The notes under the pieces were generated by a model, which was given only the letters and a program-made list of their open reading frames with translations, was not told where the DNA came from and did no database searches. The translations under genes and the position numbers were made by a program. DNA of 63,995 bases, filler included, from Octopus bimaculoides (lineage: Eukaryota), in assembly GCF_001194135.2 (NCBI RefSeq). It is 6 parts of 5 records of this genome, joined end to end, with 100 filler letters (N's around TTAATTAATTAA, not from the genome) between each part and the next. Parts side by side here need not be neighbours in the genome. Positions count along the whole stretch, not along the records: positions 22,000 to 37,540 come from NC_068981.1; positions 37,641 to 51,506 come from NC_069010.1; 4 more parts are not named here. One strand, written 5' to 3'. This document shows, piece by piece, positions 37,025 through 50,229 of the stretch (position 1 is the first letter of the stretch; the number at the start of each line of letters is the position of its first letter).

Positions 37025-37510
37025 TTAATTTTGGCATGGTTTTTTTTTTATTAGCTAGATGTATGTCCTGTCGACAATGTGTTTGTGCATGCATGTATAT
37101 ATTAAGAAGTTTATTTCTCAATCCTGTGGTTTTGTGTTCCGTTCCATTGCTTGGCTTTTTGGGCAAGTGTTTCCTACTATAACCCTTGGCTGACCAAAGC
37201 ATTGTGAGTGTATTTGCTTGATAGAAGCTGAAAGAAACCCATTGTGTGTGTATTTTTATGTGAATGTTTGTGATTATGTCTCCTTGTCTTAGCATCACTT
37301 GTTAGTTGTAAACAAATATCACCATTATACAAGAATAGTCATCATTTCCAATCTTTTACGTAAACATGTTCAGTCATGTAGAAATAGTAGCTTGCTTGGA
37401 AACTAATGAGGGTTGGTAACTGGAAAGGCATCCAGCCATTGAAAATTTGCCTTAATGAATTTTGTCTGACCCATGCTATCATGGAACAGAGGATGTTAAA
37501 ATGATGATGA
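37025..37510. mobile_element. Family B SINE remnant (minus, 37025-37320) followed by an RTE tail (plus, 37330-37510)
   Basis: ttgggcaagtgtttcctactataacc..accaaagcattgtgagtg; aggcatccagc..gatgttaaaatgatgatg. Confidence 0.55.
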
Positions 37511-37540
37511 AAAGGATATATATATATATATATATATATA

Positions 37541-37640
37541 NNNNNNNNNNNNNNNNNNNNNNNNNNNNNNNNNNNNNNNNNNNNTTAATTAATTAANNNN
37601 NNNNNNNNNNNNNNNNNNNNNNNNNNNNNNNNNNNNNNNN
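37541..37640. other. Artificial 100-bp scaffold linker
   Basis: N44-TTAATTAATTAA (37585-37596)-N44. Confidence 0.95.
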
Positions 37641-37704
37641 GGAGCAGTGATTTATCGTACTCACATGTTAAACTTCCCCGGTGTTATTATTATTATTATT
37701 ATTA

Positions 37705-37764
<60 letters not shown>

Positions 37765-37770
<6 letters not shown>

Positions 37771-37950
37771 TCACTGCTTGGAATCGAACTCGGAAGCTTA
37801 CGATAGGAGAATATTAGATTTATAAGTCCTAAAATTCACTTTATAATTGCCCACGGGTATATGGCTTAGTGGTTAAAAGCGAGGGCTACTAACCCCAAGA
37901 TCTGAGTTTGATTCCAAGCAGTGATCTGAATAATAATAATAATAATAACA
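37765..37950. mobile_element. Two short tRNA-derived SINE copies in inverted orientation with (TAA)n tails
   Basis: tcactgcttggaatcgaactc (minus) and ggcttagtggttaaaagc..gagtttgattccaagcagtgatctgaa (plus). Confidence 0.65.
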
Positions 37951-38299
37951 TCGAAAAATACCTTATGAATGAGAGCCCATGTTGATGAAGGCTGGACGGT
38001 ATATCAGCTGAAATGTTGTGTTAACAGCAAACAAGATGAGGACAAATATCCGTCGAATGTAAATCATGTACATAATTCCTCATTTCTTAAATATAGAACT
38101 TGTTTCTTATTGTTCTTATTTTATATTATGTCCACTGTCTGGAAAGCTTTCTTCACACATCTGTGACCTCTTCAGTGATTCTTCTATTCATGTGGGACAA
38201 AAGATTTTCAGACAATGGACATTAGATAAAATAAGAACAATAATAAAAGAATGAAGAATAATATGTATAGTGCGTGTGTTTATTTGGTCATTCAACCAT

Positions 38300-38590
38300 T
38301 CATCGCTAAAAGTAAAACGACTATCTTTGGTTTCAAGACGGAAGGTGTTCTTCCATCAGGATAACACCCGGCCACATACAGCAAGGATGACATTCCAAAG
38401 GCTAGAGCATTTTGAATGGGAAACGATGCCCCCCCCCCCCATATTCGCCTGACATTGCTCCAGCTGAGGTCAGAACATTACTGGAGGAGCATTTGTCGTC
38501 ACGGACAAGTTGATTTTGGAAGACGGGCTTTTAGATTAAAAAGAACTTTGTTTATCTTAATTTTGAAAAATATGAGGAGTGTAAAAAAAA
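38300..38590 (+). mobile_element. Internally deleted fragment of the mariner family at 186-1475
   Basis: Collinear with 1045-1445 (HQDNTRPHTARMTFQRLEHFEWETM) with two deletions. Confidence 0.85.
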
Positions 38591-38591
38591 C

Positions 38592-39390
38592 CTTATATAT
38601 TCTCCCTTATTGTTCACAATTTCTTGCCAATATGCCACCAGCTTGTCAATGCTCCGACAGTAGAGATGATCAAGTACTAGACTCAAAGAATTCATCGATC
38701 TACATTGTCTGTTGTTATTAAATGAAATGCTTCGCAGACTGGAGAGCGACTGAAAAAGAAAATAATCTGGAAAAGGAAATATACTGAAGGTGCTACATCG
38801 GGAGAATAGGTCTGGTAGAACTGTCCAAGCGAGCTCTTGAATAACATTTTTGTCAAATTAGCGACACGAGGGAGGGCGGTTGTGTTGTTTCAGCTTGATT
38901 GCTTCACTGAACTGATGTATTTGCTGAACATAAAGCTCTGCATTGACCCGTGATTATTTTCAAGCATTTCACCTCGAAGTTTTCCTTCCCAATCACGTCA
39001 AACGCAGATCATTGTATTGTATAGATGCAGCTCTGGTTTGGTTCGAAGTTTTGCTTGTTTGTCGGAACTCGGCTATTCTTTGCTCTGAAGCATATCGACG
39101 TAAAGACACCCTTTATTTAATCACCAGTGATAATACAATATGGAAATCTCCGCCTGTGTCCACATGTAGTCTGGTGTCGAGCAAGCAAACTGGTGGTGAT
39201 TGAGGAGCGCTGGAGTTTGTCTCTTTCGTTCAGAACGTATGGCACCAATGCGCAGAGGTTTTGGACTTTTCCGATCAAGTGACGGTGATGGCCGACGATA
39301 TCTGCAAAGTCACCCCACCCCCCTAGTGTATAAGCAGGGGTCCTTATGGACGAGCTCCTTCAGTCGATCCTCCTGACACAGAACGCATGT
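38592..39390 (-). mobile_element. Decayed mariner transposase of a different family
   Basis: LVPYVLNERDKLQRSSITTSLLARH, CIITGD, QELAWTVLP..YSPDVAPS.Y, DKLVAYWQEIVNNKGEY. Confidence 0.8.
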
Positions 39391-39819
39391 CTTTATATAT
39401 CTAATCATAAGAATTATAACATTTTGAATGATATTCATTATGTTAGCTAAACATTGAGAATTTTGTAGAGCTGTCATCTGCTGTTGCAATGCTTCATTAG
39501 TGTTAATTAAATATAATTGACTGTAATGTGGGCTTAGGTTTTCGGGGTCGAGTGTAGAAATTGTGTGATAAGTTTGTCCTTGAAGAAATAAGGACCCTAT
39601 TTTTTAGGAGTACTTATCTTCGCCCCAAACGAAGCAAACGAAAAGGAACAATTCTATAGCCTAAACTTTTTTACGAAAAGTGTTCAATTCTGCATTTTTT
39701 GCATTAAAAATAAACTTTCAGTTCTTTTGAAAGGGAACATAACTTACCCGTTCTTTCAGCAGTTCAGATCCTCATTTAGAAATCGAAGAGCTTCCACAAT
39801 GATTTCAGAGAATATTTGT

Positions 39820-39975
39820 CACCCTCGTTCTGAGTTCAAATTTCGCCGAGGTCGACTTTGCCTTTCATCCTTTCGGGGTCGATAAGTTAAGTACCAGTTG
39901 CGTCCTGGGATCGATCTAATCGACGGGCCCTCTCCCCCAAAATTTCGGGCCTTGTGCCTAGAGTAGAAAAGAATA
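39820..39975 (+). mobile_element. 5'-truncated, CpG-rich family A SINE
   Basis: cgttctgagttcaaatttcgccgaggtcgactttgcc... Confidence 0.85.
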
Positions 39976-40332
39976 TTTATGTCACCAATGTTATAATTTT
40001 CAACCAAATGTTTACAGTTCTTTGTTTTTTATGTTGTCTCTCATCTTCCTTTTCTATTCTATCTTGAACACGTTCTTTTATCTTTTGTAATTACTCACTC
40101 TATACTCTGTGGCTCTTATTTTCCATTCCTCGTTACTCTTAATGGGCTTGTTCTGGTGATTTCACCCTGTGCTTCTCTTTACATCATTGCCTACTCCATT
40201 TCCTTACCATCACCACCATCAATAAGTCAAGGGCCGAAACACTTACCCGAATTGAGTTTTTATTCTCTGAAGACCCTCTGCTTTTCAGCTTTCTTGACAG
40301 TTTCTTACCATTATATGATGTTTAAATTTTCC

Positions 40333-40490
<158 letters not shown>

Positions 40491-41179
40491 AACACACACA
40501 CAAACACAAACACACACACAAACACAAACACACACACTCTCTCTCTCTCTTACTTCAACACACTTTTTAACCATGCCATTCTTCTCTCCACGTTGTTATA
40601 ATTTCTCTCATCTCTTCAACTCTCACACCCACTAACTACGTGACAGCGTATTTCATCGGACGGACATGCGCTCGTTCACACGCACACGCTGTGTCCGACG
40701 AAACTTCTTTCAGTGTCTGTCAACTAAATCCGTTCACAGGACTTTTCAGAATCGAATAAATCATACAAAATTCTTTTTATTTCATGTTCTCTGTCTGGAA
40801 ATCTTTCGTCACACATCCTATGACCTCTTCATAAAATAATAAGAATAATAAACCGGGAGGAAAGAACGCATCCATTACTGATTACATCAAAAATAAAAAA
40901 AAAATTAAAAGAACATTTAATTTACTTTCCTTAGTCTTAATTACGTTTATTAAGGCAGAATTTTAGAATTAAAACTGATCCAAGTCAACTTTTGTCTTTC
41001 ATCCTTCTCTGGACAATAAAGTCGCATTCCAGGGTCAATTTTATCGATTATGCCCCTCCCTACCGATTGAAATCTTGTGATCAGAAAATAGTTCAAGGAC
41101 GTATAGAGGGTGTGTTGAAGAGACTGGTCTTACATATGTTCTGGTGGTCTTCAGGGAGGGGTTCCTCATTCTGACCAGA

Positions 41180-41600
41180 TGGAGACGCTGAAAGAAATGT
41201 AGAGAGAGGACAAGGTAGACAGCGGCTTTCCTGGCTAACTTCCATATTTAGAGAAGAGGAGGGGACTACTTAATCTGTTTCCCCAAACCCTCTCAACAAC
41301 CCCTTCATGTGCACTTATAGCGACATCAAGACGGACCAGCTGCTGGGTTCAGACAAGGTACTGCTTATACTGCCAGAACCAACAGTGCAATGGAATCTGA
41401 AGGAGCCGAGCATCAGTGAAATGGGAAAAGTGATGAAGATGGTGACGTTTAGCACAGTATAGTTGAGTGGTTTACTGTGTCTATAAGAACTGCTGGAAGC
41501 TACTCCATCGAATGTGGAGGGTCCTACATATGACCTGGAGGAGAAGAAAGGTTACCTAGTCACAGACATGCATCGAAGGTGTCACCAGATGCTTAAAACG
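41180..41600 (+). mobile_element. Decayed REL-type LINE fragment, Hero-like
   Basis: TYSDIKTDQLLG..LPEPTVQWNLKEPSISEMGKV..YKNCWKLLHRMWRVLHMTWRRRKV. Confidence 0.55.
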
Positions 41601-41939
41601 GCAAGCAAGGACCTTCGTATTTTTGTTGCTTTTCAGATAAAAATTGAAGGACACTTTAAGAATAATCTATAAACAATATTTGCCTACAGGTGACCTAGCA
41701 TAATGCTGAAAATAACAGTCAATTACTCTGATTTTTGTGTTGTTTTATACATAAAAATTTAAGAAGTATTTATTTCTTTTACAAGAAATATTGCCCATTA
41801 ATGGAAACACCAGATGCTAGAAAGGACAACAAAATACTTTTGACTTTGTTTAATTTTTCATATAATAAATGAAGGACACTTTATGAAGCATTTATAAAAT
41901 CTAGAGCAAAGAATTCCCACGTAATACAAAAGCTGACTG

Positions 41940-42250
41940 ATGGCGGGAATTTAAAACAGAAATGGAGGACGGGATGATATGAGAAAACATAACAATTACG
42001 GATAATAAAGTAAAAATGACCAAGAAAATACCAAACTGGAAAACCCTAGGACCAGATGGTACTCAGGGCTTCCAGGTCCTCAATCTCCCAAGTATACACA
42101 GCCATATCCGACCGCTTTTTACTGACTGCAAAGAAAATAGAACGCCAACATGAATGACAAAAGGAAGGACAGTGCTGATACAAAAGGACAAAGAAAATCA
42201 GAAAGGAAGTCAGCGATTATAGACCTATTACTTGTTGACCATTACTCTGG
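41940..42250 (+). mobile_element. R4/Dong-like RT N-terminal fragment
   Basis: KIPNWKTLGPDGTQGF, MTKGRTVLIQKDK, DYRPITC. Confidence 0.7.
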
Positions 42251-42611
42251 ACATTACTAAGTAACCTCAGAAGATGAAGTATATACGGTGGTACCATCTA
42301 CTTTAAGAACGCTAGTATAATAATGGTAAAATGAAATTGTTTTTATATATTCAACTTGTAAATTGTGAATTAAAATGTATATCAAAATAACGAATATTTC
42401 TCGAGCTTTAATATGGTAAACAACTTTAAAGCGTAACATTCAACATATTAATTTTAAATTAAAAATAAACTTTATTTTGCGTAATTTACGTCGCCACATA
42501 ATTTAAGAATGATTTGCAAAATTTCATTTTTTTTTTATTTGCTTTATTGACTAACATAAAGGTAGAGTAAATTGCACGCTGTTACAATTTTGAAGTTACT
42601 TAATAGTTGTG

Positions 42612-43470
42612 ATGGGTAAGAGAGAAAAACTTAAGACCAGAAACCAGAACGAGGATCGATCAACTTAATAGGCTGAAATGGTCATATAATGCTATTTCAA
42701 ATGTAGTTGGAGGCTCTAAAACAGCCGTCTACAAGACTGTCCATCTTTCTAAAGAGACTAATGATTATAAAGTCCGCTCTTGATCTGGACAACCAAGCAA
42801 AACGACAGCAAGATTGGATTGATACATTCATAGACTGTCCCGAAACAAAACAGAAGAAATGACCGCTGTTGATATTTAAAAAGAAATTGGGCAAAAATAT
42901 GAACTTCTCATTAGAGTGTCCACCATAAAAAAGCGTCCTCACAAAAAAGCCATACATTTCTTTAAAATGTCGGCGTGCCCGAACACAGTCTGCAAAAGAA
43001 CATTTGAACTGGAGTCCAGCAGATTGGTCGAATGAGTTGTGGTCGGAAGAATCAAAGTTCAACTTGTTCCGCAGTGATGGCAGGAAGTATGTAAGAAGAC
43101 GGATAGGCGAAGAATACCATCCAGAGTGAATCCATCCTACAATTAAACACGGTAATGGTAGTGTGATGATGTAGGGGTGTATATTTGGAAAAGTCGTTGG
43201 TTTTATAATCTGAATCAAAGGCATTATGGATAGTAAGTCCTATCTAGAAATATTGGATAATACTATGCTTCCATACGCCCGAAAGTATTAGGACTTCCCT
43301 GCATGACAACCACCCGAATGGCACCTCGTACCTAGTCAGAAATTACATTAGACCTAAGAGATTTCGGTTGAAGTAGTGGCCAGCGCAGTCACCCGACCTA
43401 AATCCCATCGGAAATCCTTGGGAATGGTTGGGTAGAGATGTGAAAATTAGTAAGACAAAGAATAAGGATT
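42612..43470 (+). mobile_element. Decayed Tc1-like (DD34E) transposase
   Basis: WSNELWSEESKFNLFRSDGRKYVRRR, TIKHGNGSVMM*GC, GIMDSKSYLEIL, HDNHP, WPAQSPDLNPI. Confidence 0.85.
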
Positions 43471-44401
43471 TTTTAAAACATAATCTATACTATAAAAGGC
43501 AGATTTTCTCTGTGTGTGTGTGTGTGTGTGTTTAAAATTCATACATTTACACAATTCCAAATTTCCTAATCGCAATTAATATTCTAAATACAATTTGTTA
43601 GGTCACTGCGTCATTTTTTCACTCCAAAATATTCCTAATAGCGAATAAAATCCATAAAACTACACGAGTAAACATTTTCTCCTTAATAAAATCTAATTTC
43701 CTCTTTCTAATACAAATCCTTTCAACTCCTATTTTCTTCTATGAACCTTTACGAACAATCCAACAACAATTACAAAAAGAAAGGAAGGAAAAAAAAGAAA
43801 TCTATCAAAACTGAAACAATCACATTTCGATACTGTAATGACAGATACTAAAACTACATACAAAATTAGTTTGCCCCTCTAAAATTAACTATTTCTATTC
43901 CTCTTACTCATCGTTTCAATTGCTACTTTCTCTTATGAACGTTTACGAACGATCCAAGAAAAAAGACAAAGAAACGAAGGAGAGTAAGAGTCAAATAAAC
44001 AGACACACTGCCAATCATACGTAAATACACACATATATATGTACCTATGGTTACCAATGATCTCATTCTAATTGGCGGGAATTGTAAGTTTACTTTCCAT
44101 TTCTAACACCGTCCTTCACCATCGAGACATCTTTCTCAAATACGATCAACAAACATTTATTCCCTACAAACTGTGAGTTTTTTTTTTAATCTTTTTGTAA
44201 ATCTTGAGATTAACACCCGCATCATTACCTATCTAACCCTAACACTGTAGAGAAAATCGTACGGGTGTTAATCTGAAAATTTAACAATCTTTTTTAAAAC
44301 ANNNNNNNNNNNNNNNNNNNNNNNNNNNNNNNNNNNNNNNNNNNNNNNNNNNNNNNNNNNNNNNNNNNNNNNNNNNNNNNNNNNNNNNNNNNNNNNNNNN
44401 N

Positions 44402-44442
<41 letters not shown>

Positions 44443-44849
44443 GACATACATGGATACACATATATACATACAAAGATACAAACATATATACTTACGTACA
44501 TACATACATACACAAATACATACATACACACATACATACATACAAGCATACACATATATACACATTCATACATACGTACTTACATACATACACATATACA
44601 TACACACATATACACATACATAAACACATACATACTCTCATACATACACACATACATACACACATGCAAACATACATATATAGATAGACACATACATAAA
44701 TACACATACATACGTCCACATATACACACACACATACATACACACATACATATATTCATACATATATAGACATGGTCGTTGTCTACTTATGCAGAGTTTG
44801 ACCACCTCCTGTACCTAAACCTTAGCACCATCATAACATCTGATGTGGC

Positions 44850-46389
44850 TTTTTAAAACAATGTTCTGAAAAGACAACTACGTAGATTGCACCTCCTATT
44901 TGGTTCCCCAAGAGCTGCTGATAAGTTTTGCTCTTTGTATATCTTAAAATATCTTTTGTGGCCTCCGTTGGATTTGCGTACATTCTGGCATACACTGAAT
45001 TTAAAGGTGTGCACAGCGAGAATATGCAGAATAGTTGGTGGAGGTTCGTTTTCCATGCGTTCGCCGATGAGATTTGAGGCCAGCCAAAGACAGACATCGT
45101 CTATCGCAGACATGGTCTGTCACAGACTGTACACACAGAAAGGTCATTGCCATTCACCTTCTCGATCGTTACATTCTTCCTTAGATCTCTTTTCAGTCTT
45201 ACTTGTGTTATCTTGGCCTCTTAAAATGCTTTCACTCCACTCCACACCTTTGTTCGCCATCTAACTCCATCCGAAGCAAGGGTTGCTATATCTTCTGAAA
45301 CCATTAGTAGTCCTTATGCCGTCCTTAAACCTTTGTTTTTAGGTTTACGCCAATAGCTTTTCCCCTCTGCAAACTTACCATAAAACAGCTGTTTCGGCAT
45401 GCGTTCATCTGCCATTCGAACAATATGGCCACAACATCTCAGATGGTTCCTCATAATCATAGCTTTAATTGAGGTGATGCCTGCAGATGCAAGGATATCT
45501 GTTTGGAGTAAAAGAACTCCATTTAATTTTTAAAATGCGATGAAGGCATTTTAAGTGAAATTTTTCTAGCAAATTAAAATGTCTTTCATAACACGTCCAA
45601 GTTTCACAGGAATACAACAAGGATTGCAAGACAAATGATTTGTAAAGAGCCAGCTTTGTATTCATATTTATATGTCGCTGGCACCAAATGCGTGACTCCA
45701 AGCCACCAAATGCTTTTGAATTCGCAGCTTATTTCTGTATCATGATTTCCATCATTTTGAACAGAGCTTCCAAGGTAGATGTACGAATCGTCAACCTCAA
45801 GTAGCTTTTCCTTAGAAATTTTAGCGGGTTACAAACAGCACCACACACAGGTTGATGCATTACAGCTGCTTTTTTTTTTCGCTAGTTGATGGTCAAGCCA
45901 AAATCATCACAAACCGCGTCAAATGCATATACAAAAAACTGTAGACCTGTTTCAGAATGACTGACAAGATCGCAAACGTCAGCGCACAAAAATTTCCTAA
46001 TGAGTGAAGCAAAACCGTTCGATTTGAATTTCAATCTCCTCAGATTAAAAACATTCCCTGTTGTCCGATATTTTATGTAAATACCCTCCTCAGAGTTTTG
46101 AAAACGTGTGACAACACAACAGTAAAGTATATTGCAAAGGCGGTGGGTGTATCAAGGTCTCCTTGCATTACTCCATTTTCCACAGCAAAAGATTCAGAGA
46201 GCCTAGCACCAAAATTAACGCTAGCTTTCATATCTTGATGCAAAGCCCTATTTTCTTTAGAATTAGCCACAGAGCATTTCGATTAACAGCATCGAATGCT
46301 TTTCTCAAATCAACAAAGCAATGGTATAGAGCAAGATTCTGTTCAATGCACTTTTCTTGTAATTGTCTGACAGTAAAGATACAATCAGC
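44850..46389 (-). mobile_element. RTE (BovB-like) LINE fragment: RT to C-terminal zinc-finger-like region
   Basis: ADCIFTVRQLQEKCIEQNLALYHCFVDLRKAFDAVNR; TKLALYKSFVLQSLLYSCETW; LRCCGHIVRMADERMPKQLFYG. Confidence 0.85.
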
Positions 46390-46639
46390 CGTCTCTGTGA
46401 TCTTTCTTCAGACCGGACGCCAGCCCAGAATTTCTAAGTCAGATCTGCATATTTCGCCACCTTCCCATCATCCCATGACTTTAGAATAGAATAAAAATGT
46501 GTAAAGGTAAAAAGTGCGGAGATAAAAGTGTAAATATAAAATTAAGCAGGAATGTCGATGAAAATTAGTCAGCAACGCCTCTGCAAAATATTGGGTCCAA
46601 TAAGACTTCAGCGACACCACATAAAACCTCTCCACTATA

Positions 46640-46905
46640 TTCAAACTATACAGCGACGAACTAAGGCAAGGTATCCAGTGTCAATAAGAGTCGAATGTTC
46701 GCAAATGTGCGAGCACCATTCTCTAAGGTGCAAATGATCCCCAAAATGTTCAATACCATTCCTTTCATATCCATTTTGAATGTTCTCCAAGATGCCTGGA
46801 TGACTATGATGAATAGGAGGGGGCTGAGGACTGAACCTTGGTGGACTCCTACCTCTACCCGGAATTCTTCACTGTACACCTTGCCAATCTTCACCTTACT
46901 GACAG
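46640..46905 (-). mobile_element. RTE RT-core fragment of a second subfamily
   Basis: RDAVSKVKIGKVYSEEFRVEVGVHQGSVLSPLLFIIV. Confidence 0.85.
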
Positions 46906-47309
46906 CGTCTCTGTGATCTTTCTTCAGACCGGACGCCAGCCCAGAATTTCTAAGGGACATGCACTTAGGGTCGTCCGTCCTTTGAACAGGTCTTGTTTTC
47001 AGTTCTGCTGACTTTCTAGGAATATATCACCAGGCATCACCGAGTTGACGGCAACTAAACCGGTTCACACGTACACACGCACATACATACATACATGCAT
47101 ACATACATACATACATACATACATACATACATACACACTCAAACATACATGCATACGCACACACATACATGCATACGCACGCACATAGATATATACATAC
47201 ACACATACATACAAACATGCATACATACATACATACACACTCAAACATACATACATACGCACACACATACATGCACACACATGCATACATAGATATACCA
47301 ATACCTAAA

Positions 47310-48300
47310 AACGAAAACAAGGGCCAGAGGCTTAACACTGATCCAGATTGCCTCTGGGTGTCGTATCGTATCCCTTCGGCAATACCTCTTAACATTGACC
47401 GCGGTTGCATAGATGAGGCTGATAATATCGGATAATAATATCTGATAATAAGACTTCGAAGGCAGCTCCTTGAGCATCATTCCTTGTCGGATAACCTTAA
47501 ATGCATGCCCCAAGAAAATGTGCGACTCTACCCCCAACGCATCATTAGGGGAAAGCATGAGCATATATGAGCAGAAGATTATGCATAGATATGTTTGTAG
47601 AAGTCTCCATCATGATAGTAACATTGATCATCAAAACAATCTATCATGGACCAATAGCCGGATTACTACATCCCACTTTTAAGAGTATCTGTTTGCAATC
47701 AAGAAACAGGAAATATCAACCAAATACCTGATGCACAAAAGGGATAGAGATGCAGGAAAAGTAGTAAAATGTGACAATTGGTGCAGCCTTTGTGTCGTTA
47801 ACACCGAAGATATCAACCATTGATAAGCAGTTGTCTGAAAATGTCATCACAGTATCATCTACCGACGAGGCATGATGTGGTAGCTAGGACACACTATGAT
47901 GAAATTCGTCGGAAAGGTAACACCGAGGACAAAGAAATAAGTACCCACAGTATGGTAAAAACCATAGCTACTAATAATAAAAAGGAGTACTAGTGGAATA
48001 TAAACTCAGTAGACTTGATATAACAATTTGGGATAGAGAAGAGAAACTGTGTACAGTTGTGGAAATTAGCTGTCCACTGGGTTTTAAGATCAGCGAAAAA
48101 GAGAACACCTACGCTGAACTATTGAGAAATCTGAAGTAACACTATCCAAATTACAAGTTCAGATTTATACCTGTAATTATTGGGTCCCTGGGATATGTAA
48201 CAACCCTGCTTAAATACCGATCTTGAGAAATTCGGCTTCTCAAAACCAGAAAAGAGAAAGGCTAATTCTAAAAATACACATCTAAACCATCACTGAAACT
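47310..48300 (+). mobile_element. Decayed REL non-LTR retrotransposon 3' region
   Basis: EYLFAI.EQEISTKYL, C.LC....EDINH..SSC..MSS..H...RHD.VA, VVEISCPL, IPVIIGSLGYV. Confidence 0.75.
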
Positions 48301-48802
48301 GTAGAAATTCGTATTTGTTTCTTTTTCGTATTTTAAGATTTTTCTTTCAAGTTCTTTGTTTTAATATAAAATACAAAAGAGTTTAAAACGAAATAAGTCT
48401 TGATAAATATTACGATGGTGCTCTTCATTTCAAATTCCCCTTTCAAATTATTAGGAATTATAATGATAACCTAAACACTTTTGATTGCGATGCGCTTGTA
48501 CGACAAACATGCCAGTGGGACCGCTCATCTATACTATATATAAAACAGAGATGTGTGTGTAATCGCTTTTCACGTGAAATCGACTTCACCAAATGCTTCC
48601 ATACTTGTAATGCATGAATAATTTGACCTCGGATAAATCTTAGGCTCTTCATTTGATTTTATAAATTAAAACTAAATAATATTGCTTTATATTTAAGATT
48701 CACTTCTTTAAAAAGGTTCCTCAATGTCAACTTCCGGTATTGACGTAACAACCGCAAAAAGCTTCACTTTCTATTTTGTGTGTGAGTGTGTGTGTTCGTG
48801 TG

Positions 48803-48838
<36 letters not shown>

Positions 48839-49084
48839 AATACTACATACACACCGCTCTCTCACTGTGTCTCACACACATACACAAGCACACACACACA
48901 CCTTGACTCACTCACACTCTGTCTCTTACAAACACACACATACATAAATGTATACAAACATATTTACAAAGACACACGTGTGTATGCGCGCACGCGTGCA
49001 TGCATGCGTGGGGGGGCTCCAAAATCGCCGTTTATTTCAATTACTCTTCTGAGGATATTCACGTAAATCATTTTTTTCATTTAA

Positions 49085-49345
49085 TCATCATCATCATCAT
49101 CATCGTTTAACGTCCGCTTTGCATGCTAGCATGGGTTGGACGATTTGCCTGAGGACTGGTGAAACCCGATGATAACAGCAGGCTCCAATCTAATTTGGCA
49201 GAGTTTCTACAGCTGGATGCCCTTCCTAACGCCAACCACTCAGAGAGTGTAGTGGGTGCTTTTACGTGTCACCCGCACGAAGGCCAGTCAGGCGGTACTG
49301 GCAACGGCCACGCTCGAAATGGTGTATTTTATGTGCCACCCGCAC
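49085..49345 (-). mobile_element. Young RTE 3' tail running into an 868-N gap
   Basis: Near-identical to 31255-31500. Confidence 0.9.
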
Positions 49346-50229
49346 NNNNNNNNNNNNNNNNNNNNNNNNNNNNNNNNNNNNNNNNNNNNNNNNNNNNNNN
49401 NNNNNNNNNNNNNNNNNNNNNNNNNNNNNNNNNNNNNNNNNNNNNNNNNNNNNNNNNNNNNNNNNNNNNNNNNNNNNNNNNNNNNNNNNNNNNNNNNNNN
49501 NNNNNNNNNNNNNNNNNNNNNNNNNNNNNNNNNNNNNNNNNNNNNNNNNNNNNNNNNNNNNNNNNNNNNNNNNNNNNNNNNNNNNNNNNNNNNNNNNNNN
49601 NNNNNNNNNNNNNNNNNNNNNNNNNNNNNNNNNNNNNNNNNNNNNNNNNNNNNNNNNNNNNNNNNNNNNNNNNNNNNNNNNNNNNNNNNNNNNNNNNNNN
49701 NNNNNNNNNNNNNNNNNNNNNNNNNNNNNNNNNNNNNNNNNNNNNNNNNNNNNNNNNNNNNNNNNNNNNNNNNNNNNNNNNNNNNNNNNNNNNNNNNNNN
49801 NNNNNNNNNNNNNNNNNNNNNNNNNNNNNNNNNNNNNNNNNNNNNNNNNNNNNNNNNNNNNNNNNNNNNNNNNNNNNNNNNNNNNNNNNNNNNNNNNNNN
49901 NNNNNNNNNNNNNNNNNNNNNNNNNNNNNNNNNNNNNNNNNNNNNNNNNNNNNNNNNNNNNNNNNNNNNNNNNNNNNNNNNNNNNNNNNNNNNNNNNNNN
50001 NNNNNNNNNNNNNNNNNNNNNNNNNNNNNNNNNNNNNNNNNNNNNNNNNNNNNNNNNNNNNNNNNNNNNNNNNNNNNNNNNNNNNNNNNNNNNNNNNNNN
50101 NNNNNNNNNNNNNNNNNNNNNNNNNNNNNNNNNNNNNNNNNNNNNNNNNNNNNNNNNNNNNNNNNNNNNNNNNNNNNNNNNNNNNNNNNNNNNNNNNNNN
50201 NNNNNNNNNNNNNTATATATATATATATA

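Noticed and set aside
37855-37930. tRNA genes at SINE heads (also 52408, 54436, about 33320)
   Set aside because: A and B boxes present but no complete cloverleaf; they continue into SINE bodies
48730-48748. ETS (ACTTCCGGT) plus CRE-like (TGACGTAA) motif pair
   Set aside because: Short motifs with no adjacent identifiable exon
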